NCBI GenBank assembly: GCA_030448245.1
Contig: JAUJNH010000008.1
Span: 53,588 to 117,587, forward strand
Length of the DNA stretch: 64,000 nucleotides
DNA from: Acidimicrobiales bacterium
GTDB taxonomy: Bacteria; Actinomycetota; Acidimicrobiia; Acidimicrobiales; JAUJNH01
Direction of reading: 5' to 3'
The translations under genes were made by a program, and so were the position numbers. The notes under the pieces were generated by a model that was given only the letters and a program-made list of their open reading frames with translations, made no database searches and was not told the DNA's origin. Positions 55,664 to 64,000 of this stretch are shown here, one piece after another (within the stretch, counting starts at the first letter, position 1; every line of letters starts with the position of its first letter).

Positions 55664-57512
55664 GTGGCCCCACTGAGACGACTTCGCCGCGGACGAGCCT
55701 GGCTGGCTGGCCTGGTCGTGGCCGTCGGCCTCGTCCCGGTCACCGTCGGTCTCGACGTCCCCGGCCGTCACGCCGGCCCGGCCATCGATCCCTCCCTGAC
55801 CGCCACGAGCCGTGAGGTTCCGGTCGTGGTGCAGGCGCGGCCTGGCCGTGTCGACCACGCGGCGCGCCGGGCGGCCGCGGCCGGTGGCCAGGTCGGAGCG
55901 CCCCTCCCCATCGTCGACGGCTTCGCGGCCCGGCTCTCCGGCCGGTCCCTCGCCGCGCTCGCTGGTTCGCCGGACATCGTGGCCATCACCCTCGACAGGC
56001 AGGGGGCGTTCACGTCGAGCGGGAGCCAGCTGAAGCCTCCCGTCGAATCGCCCTTCGTTCAGGTGACGGGCGTCGGCGATGCGCGGGCGAGCGGGTTGCG
56101 AGGAGGCGGCGTCACGGTGGCGGTGCTCGACACCGGCATCTCGCCGATGCCCGATGTGGCCAGCCGCACCGTCCACGGCCCCGACCTTTCCGGGGAGGGG
56201 ACGCTGATCGACTCCTATGGCCACGGCACGGTCATGGCCGGCATCATCGGCGGGGACGGAGGCGACTCGGCCGGCCGGCGGGCCGGCGTGGCTCCCGACG
56301 CCCGGCTGGTGGCGGTCAAGGTGGCCGGGCGGAACGGCGCCGTCGACGTCTCGACCGTGCTCGAGGGCATGGCCTGGGTGGCCACCTACCGGCAGGCGCT
56401 CGGCATCCGGGTGCTGAACCTGTCCTACGGCACCCGCTCCACCCAGGACCCTCGCCTCGACCCGCTCAACTTCGCGGTGCAGCGCCTCTGGGCGCAGGGT
56501 GTGGTCGTGGTGGCCGCCGCCGGCAACGGCGGGCCGGGGCCAGGCACGATCACCAAGCCAGGCGACGACCCCGTGGTGCTGACCGTCGGCGCCTACGACG
56601 ACCGGGGCGACACCTCCCCCCGCAACGACCTGGTTCCGGCCTGGTCGTCGCGGGGCCCGACGGCCCAGGGCGTCGCCAAGCCCGACCTGGTCGCTCCCGG
56701 GCGCACCGTGGTCGCCACCCGCTCCTACGGGTCGGCGGTGGAGCAGGAGAACCCCGAGTCGCTGGTATCGCCCAGCTACATCAAGGGCAGCGGCACCTCG
56801 GAGGCCGCGGCGGTCACCTCGGGCCTGGTGGCGCTGCTTCTCCAAGCCCATCCGACCTGGACGCCCGACCAGGTCAAGCAGGCGCTCACCTCGACCGCGG
56901 TCCCACTGGCCACCGCCGCGCCGGCCGCCTCCGGCCATGGGCGGGCCCGGGTGGACCGGGCGCTCCAAGCCGATCCTGGGCCTGCGGTGCGCCAGCGCCT
57001 GACGGCCACCGGCCTCGGCTCGCTGGAGGCCAGCCGGGGCGGAGCCCACCTGGTGGCCGCCTGCGGCCTCATCGTGGGCGAGAAAGACGTGCTCTGCCAG
57101 CCCTGGAACCCGTCGGCCTTTGCCGGCGGCACCTGGACCGGCGGCACCTGGACCGGCGGCACCTGGACCGGCGGCACCTGGACCGGCGGCACGTGGACCG
57201 GCGGCACCTGGACCGGCGGCACCTGGACCGGCGGCACCTGGACCGGCGGCACCTGGACCGGCGGCACCTGGACCGGCGGCACCTGGACCGGCGGCACCTG
57301 GACCGGCGGCACCTGGACCGGCGGCACCTGGACCGGCGGCACCTGGACCGGCGGCACCTGGACCGGCGGCGCCTGGACCGGCGGACCGACCGCCGGCTGG
57401 ACCGGAGACAGGTCGTCCCGGCGGGCCGACGGTCGGCCCGGCACGCTCACCGTTCTGGGGTGACCGCCCCAAGCGGGGCCAGGCCGTCGCCGGCGAGCGC
57501 TCGGCCGACTAG
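55664..57512 (+). CDS. Secreted S8 (subtilisin-like) serine peptidase with C-terminal (GGTWT)n array; called ORF stops at 57463, probable frameshift extends it to 57512
   Basis: Signal peptide and propeptide; [27 protein letters not shown] catalytic motifs; 16x GGTWT + GGAWT; alternate frame gives [19 protein letters not shown] abutting the next GTG. Confidence 0.93.
57125..57379 (+). repeat. 15-bp tandem repeat GGCGGCACCTGGACC x17
   Basis: 15 identical units, one synonymous variant (ACG, unit 5) and a final GGAWT unit. Confidence 0.98.
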
Positions 57513-60040
57513 GTGGCTGCGACCCACGCAGAAGACCGGGCCACGCTGCACCGGTTCGTGGGGTTCACCACGGTGCTGGGGGTGGCCTGCATGGCGATGG
57601 CGGCCGCAACCCTGGGCGGGTCGGCACCGCCACTCCCGTGGCGCCTGGCAGCCGTCGCCGCAGGCTTCGCGACCGCCGACGCCGCCCTGGTGCACCTCCG
57701 CTTCGGTCACGACCGCTGGTCCTTCAACTGGTCCGAGGTCGTGGTGGTCGTCGGGCTGACGGTGCTGCCACCGGCGTGGATCGTCCTCGCAGCCCCCGCC
57801 GGGGTGGCGGCTGCCAACCTTTGCCTTCGTCGGCCCCCGGTGAAGGTCCTCTTCAACGTCGCCGTCGCCGCCGTCGGCACCGCTGCTGCCTGGCTGACGT
57901 ACTCGGCCGTCGAGGGGATGGCCGACGGCGCCGGGATCGGCCCGACGACGCTCCGGCTCGTGGCCGCCTCCCTCGCCTCATGGGCCGTCACGACCGCCGC
58001 CGTCTCGTTCGCCGTGGCCACCTCGCAGAACGTGTCCGTCGGCTGGGTGCACGCCAAGGCCTTCCGCATGAACCTCGTGGTCTGGGTCGGCAACACCGCG
58101 ATGGGCTGCCTCGTCGTCGGCATCGGCGCCACGGAACCCACGGCCCTGTACGCCATCCCGGGCCTCGCGGCCATGCTCGCCGTGATCTACCGGGGCTACC
58201 TGGTGGCGCTCGAGGAGCGCGACACCTGGGAGCGGCTCCAGGCGGTGTCACGCCAGCTCCTGGGTGCGGACGCCGAGAGCATGGCGGAGGTGGCGATCGA
58301 TGGCGCGCTCGCGCTGCTCCAGGCCGAGTTCGCCGACTTGATGCTGGTCGAGAACGAGCGCGACCGCGCCGCCATCGGTTGGCGCCGAACCGCCGGCGGC
58401 CAACTCGATCGCCTCATGGGGGACCCGTTCGACCTGACCCCCGGCAGCTGGGGCCGGGTGCTCTCCGACCGGGCTGCGTTCACCATCGACCTCTCGTCGT
58501 CGACCGGGCCCCAGCACGACGAGCTGCGTGCCATGGGGCTGACGTCGCTCAGCGCCGCCCCCTGCTCGTGCACGGCCGCTGCCTGGGCACCTTGCGGATC
58601 GGCTTCCGAGGCCCCGTGCGGCTGCGGGCTCGGGAGCGGCAGGTGCTGGAGACGTTCGCCAACCACATCAGCGCCGCCGCCAACGCCGTCCAGCTGTTCG
58701 AGCGGCTCCGTTCGCTGGCCCTGTTCGACGCGCTGACCGGCCTGCCCAACCGGGCCGAGCTGACGGGGCGCCTGCGCGACGCCGTGGCCGGCGACGGGGT
58801 CGTGAGCGTGCTGTTCCTCGACCTGGACCGGTTCAAGGTGGTCAACGACTCGTTGGGCCACCAGGCCGGAGACCGGGTGCTGCAGGAGGCGGCCTCCCGC
58901 CTGCGTGCCGCCCTGCCCGAGGGAGCCGTCGCCGGGCGCTTCGGCGGTGACGAGTTCGTGGTGGTCTGGCCAGGCATGGCGGACGAGGCCGTGGCCGCCG
59001 ACGTGGCCGCCCGGCTGGCCGCCGCGGTGGCGCAGCCGATCGAGGTGGACGGCAGCCAGCTGCTGCTGACGGCCAGCGTCGGGGTCGTCGTCGCCCCCGG
59101 GGGCAGCGCCACCCCGGCCGGCCTCCTGCGCGACGCCGACGCCGCGATGTACCTGGCGAAGGAGCGGGGGCGTGACCGCGTCGAGCTGTTCACGGCCGCG
59201 GTGCGCACCACCGCGGTCCGCCGCCTCGAGCTGGAGAACGAGCTGCGTGCAGCCCTGGAGAGGTCAGAGCTGGTCGTGCACTACCAGCCGATCGTCCGCC
59301 TGCGGGACCGCCGGGTGATCGGGGCCGAGGCGCTGCTGCGCTGGCACCACCCGCAGCGGGGAGTGGTACCCACGAACGAGTTCGTCGCGGTGGCCGAGGA
59401 GACGAAGCTGATCCTGTCGCTCGGCGCCTGGGTGCTGGACGAGGCCGTGGGCAGCCTCCGGCGGTGGGACGAGGCGACGGCCGAACCGCTCGGGGTCTCG
59501 GTGAACCTGTCGGCCCGCCAGCTCAGCTCGTCCCGCCTGGTCGACGAGGTGGTCTGCACGCTCTCCCGGGCCGGGGCCGATCCGGCCCGTGTCACGTTCG
59601 AGGTGACCGAGTCCTCGCTGGTCGACCTGGCCGGCGAGGCGGTGGGGAACCTCGGCCGGTTGCGAGCCCTCGGCTGCACCATCGCCCTCGACGACTTCGG
59701 GACGGGCTGGTCCTCGCTGTCCTACCTCCAGCGCCTGCCGGTCGACTGCCTGAAGCTGGACCGCTCCTTCGTGGCCCGCCTCGACGAGGACGGCCGGGAC
59801 CGCGCCGTCGTCGGCAGCCTGGTGAACCTGGCCCACGCCCTCGGCCTGGTCGTCGTGGCCGAGGGGGTCGAACGGGAGGCCCAGCTCGACGTGCTCCTCG
59901 ACTTCGGCTGCGACGCCGCCCAGGGCTTCCTCCTGCAGCCGCCGTGCACCGCCGCCGACCTGCTGCAGGCCGTCGGCCAGCCCGGTGGCTGCTGGCCGGC
60001 CGCATCGGCCACGCCGGTCCCCCTCTTCCGCAGCGCCTGA
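57513..60040 (+). CDS. Multi-TM sensor-GAF-GGDEF-EAL c-di-GMP enzyme (frameshift ~58560)
   Basis: ~6-7 TM N-terminus, GAF-like segment, DALTGLPNR, DLDRFKVVNDSLGHQAGD, RFGGDEF, YQP..GAEALLRW, IALDDFGTG, LKLDRSF, VVAEGVE, QGF. Confidence 0.93.
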
Positions 60041-60060
60041 ACGACCGGGGCCGTCCCGCC

Positions 60061-60717
60061 TCACAGGCGCCAGTCCACCGGCTCCCGACCCGCCTCGACC
60101 AGGGCGGCGTTGGCCCGGCTGAAGGGCCGGCTGCCGAAGAACCCGTTGCTGGCCGACAGGGGTGACGGGTGGGCCGACTCGAGGACGACGTGGCGGCCCT
60201 GGTCGACCAGTGCCCGCTTGCGCCGCGCCGAGGCCCCCCACAGCACGAACACGACCCGTTCGGCCTTGGCGTCGACCGCCTTGATGACCTCGTCGGTGAA
60301 GGTCTCCCACCCCCGGCCCTGGTGGCTGGCCGCGGCGCCGCCCCGCACGGTGAGCGTGGTGTTGAGCAGGAGCACGCCCTGGCGGGCCCAGGGCTCGAGG
60401 CTGCCGCTGCGGGGCGGCGGGATGCCGAGGTCATCCTGCAGCTCCCGGAAGATGTTGCGGAGCGACGGCGGGAGCGCCACGCCGGGGCGGACGCTGAAGG
60501 CCAGGCCGTGGGCCTGCTCGGCACCGTGGTACGGGTCCTGGCCGAGGATCACGACCTTGGTCGCCGCCCGCGGCGTCAGGTGCAGGGCGGCGAAGACCTC
60601 GGCCGCCGGAGGGTGCACGGGGTGCTGGTCCCGCTCGGCGGCCACGAAGGTCTGCAGCTCGGCCCAGTACGGCTTGGCCAGCTCGGCCCCGAGCACCGGG
60701 TGCCAGTCGGTCTTCAC
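60061..60717 (-). CDS. ung: Uracil-DNA glycosylase (family 1)
   Basis: VVILGQDPYH, AHGLAFSV, PPSLRNI, GVLLLNT, SAHPSPLS. Confidence 0.97.
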   Translation of the reverse strand: MKTDWHPVLGAELAKPYWAELQTFVAAERDQHPVHPPAAEVFAALHLTPRAATKVVILGQDPYHGAEQAHGLAFSVRPGVALPPSLRNIFRELQDDLGIPPPRSGSLEPWARQGVLLLNTTLTVRGGAAASHQGRGWETFTDEVIKAVDAKAERVVFVLWGASARRKRALVDQGRHVVLESAHPSPLSASNGFFGSRPFSRANAALVEAGREPVDWRL

Positions 60718-60742
60718 CGCACCAGCTCGCGCCGCACTGTGG

Positions 60743-61240
60743 TCAGGCGGCTTGGGTCAGGTACGGCTCCCACGCCGGGTCGATCCGCCCGACGCCGACC
60801 ACAAGCCACCGGGTGCCGCGAGGGACCGTGGGCGTGGTGCGCAGGGTCCACCCGAGCTCGGCCAGGAGGCGGTCGCCCTTGCGGCCGTTGCACAACCGGC
60901 AGGCGGCCACCACGTTCTCCCACTCGTGGTGGCCGCCTCGCGAGCGGGGCACGACGTGGTCGACGGTGTCCGCGCTCCTGCTGCAGTAGGCGCACCGGTG
61001 GGCGTCACGGGCGAGGAGGGCCCGGCGGGTGAGGGGCAGGCGGGCCCGGTAGGGGACCCGCACGTAGGTGGTGAGCCGGATGACCGAGGGGATGGGCAGG
61101 GCGGTCGACGCCGAGCGCACCACGCCGCCGCCGGCCTCGATGATCTCGGCCTTCTCGGCGAGCACCAGCACGATCGCCCGCTTCAGCGGGACGACGCACA
61201 GCGGCTCGTAGCTGGCGTTGAGGAGCAGGGTGCCCTTCAT
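60743..61240 (-). CDS. HNH endonuclease (HNH_5-type)
   Basis: LLLNASYEPL, PSVIRL, RDAHRCAYC, TVDHVVPRSRGG..WENVVAACRLCNGRKGD. Confidence 0.93.
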   Translation of the reverse strand: MKGTLLLNASYEPLCVVPLKRAIVLVLAEKAEIIEAGGGVVRSASTALPIPSVIRLTTYVRVPYRARLPLTRRALLARDAHRCAYCSRSADTVDHVVPRSRGGHHEWENVVAACRLCNGRKGDRLLAELGWTLRTTPTVPRGTRWLVVGVGRIDPAWEPYLTQAA

Positions 61241-61261
61241 GCCCGGCCGGCCCAGAACGAC

Positions 61262-61284
61262 AAAGGCCGCCCACATGGGCGGCC
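61262..61284 (-). terminator. Terminator/attenuator-like hairpin in the HNH leader
   Basis: Minus strand GGCCGCCC-ATGT-GGGCGGCC followed by TTTGTCGTT, about 20 nt before the HNH ATG. Confidence 0.6.
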
Positions 61285-61509
61285 GGCGGTACTTGGGAGG
61301 CGGAGCGGGGCTGCGTGCGCCCTCCGCCGCCGCCGTGGCGCGCCGTGCTGCTCGCTCCGATCCCCCGTCGGCCAGCGGGCTGCCACGGCCCGAACGATAC
61401 CGGCGCCGGCGGGGCGCCGCCGACCATATGCCGCTGCACGGGAAGCCACTGGCCCTGAACACCTAGCATTCGCCCTTCGGGTGGCTCATCCCGAGGACTA
61501 GAGGAGCGC

Positions 61510-62835
61510 GTGGTGGGTGAGGTGGAGAGAGATGGAGGGCCGGCATCCGGCCGCCGGACCATCCCGGCGCCGGGTCGCGGTGGCTCCGTCGCGCTGGTCA
61601 CGCTTCTCGTCGTCCACCTCGTGCTCGCCGGCCCGGCCGGCGCCCAGAACCCCCCGGCCCCGCCGCCCGTCCCGGTCACGGCGCCGCCGCTGACCACCCC
61701 CCTGGGCGCCGACGAGAACCTCCGGGCCCGGACCCTGGCCGAGGTGGCCGCAGCCAAGAAGGCCCTGAGCGCCGCCCAGCGGGCCGAGAACCAGACCCGC
61801 CAGAAGGCCGCCGACCTCGACAAGGCCCTGGCCGGGTTCGAGGGCCAACGGGCAGCCCTGGCCGGCGAGGAGCGGGTGGCCGCCGACCGGCTCGAGGGCA
61901 CCCGCAGCCGGCTGCGGACCGCGGCCGTCAGCGAGTACATCAGCGGCGGCAAGACGACCATCGCCAACCAGCTGCTGCGCTCGGTCAGCCTCGAGGAGTT
62001 CACCCGCAACCGCGTCTACGGCGCCGCCGTGCTCCAGAGCCAGCAGCGCACGCTCGCCACCTACCGCGACCAGCTGTCCAAGGTGACGGCGGTCACCTCG
62101 ACCCTCGGCCGCCAGGTCGACCGGGCCAAGGCCGACCGCGGCCTGATCCTGCAGGAGCTCGAGGCGCTGGTGGCACAGCGGGCCCTGCGTGAGCAGGAGC
62201 TGGCGCAAAAGCAGATCCTCAACCAGCTGGCCACCGCGGGCGCTCCCGTCCTCCCGAGCGACATCCCGGCCCTCGTCCTCGACGCCTACGTCCGCGGTGC
62301 CGCCGCAGCCAACCGTCGCACGCCCGGGTGCCGCATCCACTGGTCTGCCCTCGCGGCGATCGGGCGCACCGAGTCGGGCCACGCCCGTTCCGGCGGCGCC
62401 TCGCTCACGCTGACCGGCGACGTGACGCCCCGCATCCTCGGCCCCCGGCTCGACGGGAACGGCTTCGCCTACGTCGGCGACACCGACGGGGGGGCCCTCG
62501 ACGGCGACCTCGAGCTGGACCGGGCGGTGGGGCCGATGCAGTTCATCCCGTCCACCTGGAAGGGGCTCGGCGAGGACGGCAACGGCGACGGGAACCGGGA
62601 CCCGAACAACATCTACGACTCGGCCACGGCCGCCGGCATGTACCTGTGCCGCTCCCGCCAGGCACTCGACCTCGACGAGAACCTCTACAACGCCGCACTC
62701 AGCTACAACCGCAGCACCACGTACGCGGCGCTCATCGTCAGCACGGCGCGCGAGTACATCAACCTGAACCTCGCGGGGTTCCCGCCTGGGCCGCCGCCAT
62801 CGCCGTCTCCCGCCGTCCCGGCGGCCGCTCCATGA
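61510..62835 (+). CDS. Secreted coiled-coil + lytic murein transglycosylase (MltB/SLT_2-like)
   Basis: WSALAAIGRTESGH, DTDGGALDGD..DRAVGPMQFIPSTW, DGNGDG..DPNNIYD, YNRS. Confidence 0.9.
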   Translation: MVGEVERDGGPASGRRTIPAPGRGGSVALVTLLVVHLVLAGPAGAQNPPAPPPVPVTAPPLTTPLGADENLRARTLAEVAAAKKALSAAQRAENQTRQKAADLDKALAGFEGQRAALAGEERVAADRLEGTRSRLRTAAVSEYISGGKTTIANQLLRSVSLEEFTRNRVYGAAVLQSQQRTLATYRDQLSKVTAVTSTLGRQVDRAKADRGLILQELEALVAQRALREQELAQKQILNQLATAGAPVLPSDIPALVLDAYVRGAAAANRRTPGCRIHWSALAAIGRTESGHARSGGASLTLTGDVTPRILGPRLDGNGFAYVGDTDGGALDGDLELDRAVGPMQFIPSTWKGLGEDGNGDGNRDPNNIYDSATAAGMYLCRSRQALDLDENLYNAALSYNRSTTYAALIVSTAREYINLNLAGFPPGPPPSPSPAVPAAAP

Positions 62836-64000
62836 ACAGCCGGCGGCGGGCTCGCTCCCGCGGGGCCTCGTCGTCGGCCTTCTGGCGCTCCTCGTCTGCG
62901 CCACCACGGGGCCGGCGATGGCCCAGACCACCGACCGAACCCGGTCCGACCACGACCACGGCGGCCCCCGTCACCACGGCGGCGCCTCCCACCACCCAGC
63001 CGCCGGCCACGAGCCCGCCGACCACCCAGCCCCCGGCGACCTCCCCGCCCGCGACGTCCCCGCCCGCCACCGTGCCGCCGACCACGGCGCCGCCACCGAC
63101 GCCGGCTGGCGGGCCGGCTCCCGCGCCCCTCCCCCGCCCCCACCTTCCGGCGGCCCGGCGCCGGCCGCTCCCGCCGCGCCGCGACCCGTCGACACCAGGG
63201 CCGAGGACAGCAGCGAGGAGCCGCCGCCGCGGATGCCGCCCAGGCCGCCGAGCGCCGGTTGGCCGTCCTGGAGGCCTAGCAGGCCGCGCTCAAGCGGACG
63301 TTCGCGGCTCTGCACGCCGACGAGGCCGCCGCCGCCCAGAAGCTGGTCGAGCAGCGCCAGAACATGCGGACCCGCGCCGTCGCCATCTACGTGTCCGGGC
63401 CCGTGAGCCGGTCATCCCGGCCGGCGACGACATCCACGAGTTCGGCCGCCGGCCCGGGTGCTGGTCCAGGCCCTGCACGCAGCCGACCGGCGCACCCTCG
63501 ACCGCTACCTCGACGCCAAGAAGGCCGCCGGGTCGACGTGGACGCCATCGTCGACCGCCTCGAGGACCTGAACGGCAAGGTGCTGGCCGCCCGGGCCCAG
63601 ACCGAGAACAAGGCGGCGCAGACCCAGAGCGGCTACCGGAGCGTCAGCACCGCAAAGGCGGGCGGCCGGATGGCGGCTTCGCCTTCCCGGTGGCCGAGCC
63701 CCACAACTTCGGCACCTTCGCCCCCGCAGCGGCGGGCGGCTGCACGGGCGAGAGCGGTACCAGCTACTACTACGCCCACCTCTCGGCGTTCGCCATGAAC
63801 GTGTTCGCGCTGGTCGAGGCGGGCGACGTGGTCGGCCTCGTCGGGAACACCGGGAACGCCATCACCACCCCACCGCACCTCCACTTCGAGATCCATCCCG
63901 GGGGCGGACCGGCGATCGACCCCACCCCATCCTCAAGGCCGCCGACGACGCCACCCGGCAGGCGGCGCCAAGCAGCCAGGGGCGGCCACCACCACACCGA
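62832..64000 (+). CDS. M23 family metallopeptidase with Thr/Pro linker and coiled coil (multiple frameshifts; end unresolved)
   Basis: ATGA coupling to the transglycosylase; YYYAHL, VEAGDVVGLVGNTGNA, PPHLHFEIHPGGGPAIDP near 63770-63925. Confidence 0.75.
   Translation, partial: MNSRRRARSRGASSSAFWRSSSAPPRGRRWPRPPTEPGPTTTTAAPVTTAAPPTTQPPATSPPTTQPPATSPPATSPPATVPPTTAPPPTPAGGPAPAPLPRPHLPAARRRPLPPRRDPSTPGPRTAARSRRRGCRPGRRAPVGRPGGLAGRAQADVRGSARRRGRRRPEAGRAAPEHADPRRRHLRVRAREPVIPAGDDIHEFGRRPGCWSRPCTQPTGAPSTATSTPRRPPGRRGRHRRPPRGPERQGAGRPGPDREQGGADPERLPERQHRKGGRPDGGFAFPVAEPHNFGTFAPAAAGGCTGESGTSYYYAHLSAFAMNVFALVEAGDVVGLVGNTGNAITTPPHLHFEIHPGGGPAIDPTPSSRPPTTPPGRRRQAARGGHHHT

Noticed and set aside
57125-57379. 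Tandem repeat as a CRISPR array
   Set aside because: Units are contiguous 15-mers without spacers, lie in frame in a CDS, and no cas genes are present
60743-61240. HNH nuclease as a mobile element or defence system
   Set aside because: It looks like the widespread chromosomal LNASYEPL-type HNH family, with no methylase, integrase or intron context
62950-63100. Thr/Pro repeats (TTQPPATSPP) and similar Pro-rich tracts in the PBP, OatA-like and DUF4333-like genes
   Set aside because: Ordinary low-complexity linkers of actinobacterial envelope proteins

Overview
High-GC (~73% by eye) actinobacterial chromosomal segment, most consistent with Acidimicrobiia (F420-linked genes, Rv2466c-like protein, imuA'-imuB-dnaE2, Gram-positive-type LexA boxes, many leaderless TANNNT promoters). 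It is mostly housekeeping: acyl-CoA dehydrogenase, panE, gdhA, lgt, rnhB, selD, rpiB, gpsA, cofC, HU, ppk2, TPP riboswitch-thiC, class A PBP, lon, ung and cell-wall hydrolases. I see no rRNA, tRNA, CRISPR array or transposase. At least ten genes carry single-base frameshifts in G/C runs, most likely long-read assembly errors. The top candidate for an undescribed system is a two-gene unit at 55664-60040: a secreted subtilisin ending in 17 tandem GG(T/A)WT pentapeptides, directly followed by a multi-TM sensor-GAF-GGDEF-EAL protein, possibly a protease-released peptide signal wired to c-di-GMP. Other notable items: a split SOS mutasome with two near-identical LexA-box promoters, a 93-bp tandem-repeat insertion inside DnaE2, a CPBP-protease/PEBP fusion, an ArgZ-like split gene pair, a stand-alone histone-H1-like gene after hup, and a probable attenuator ahead of an HNH nuclease. 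All family calls come from motif recognition by eye; no database search was run.
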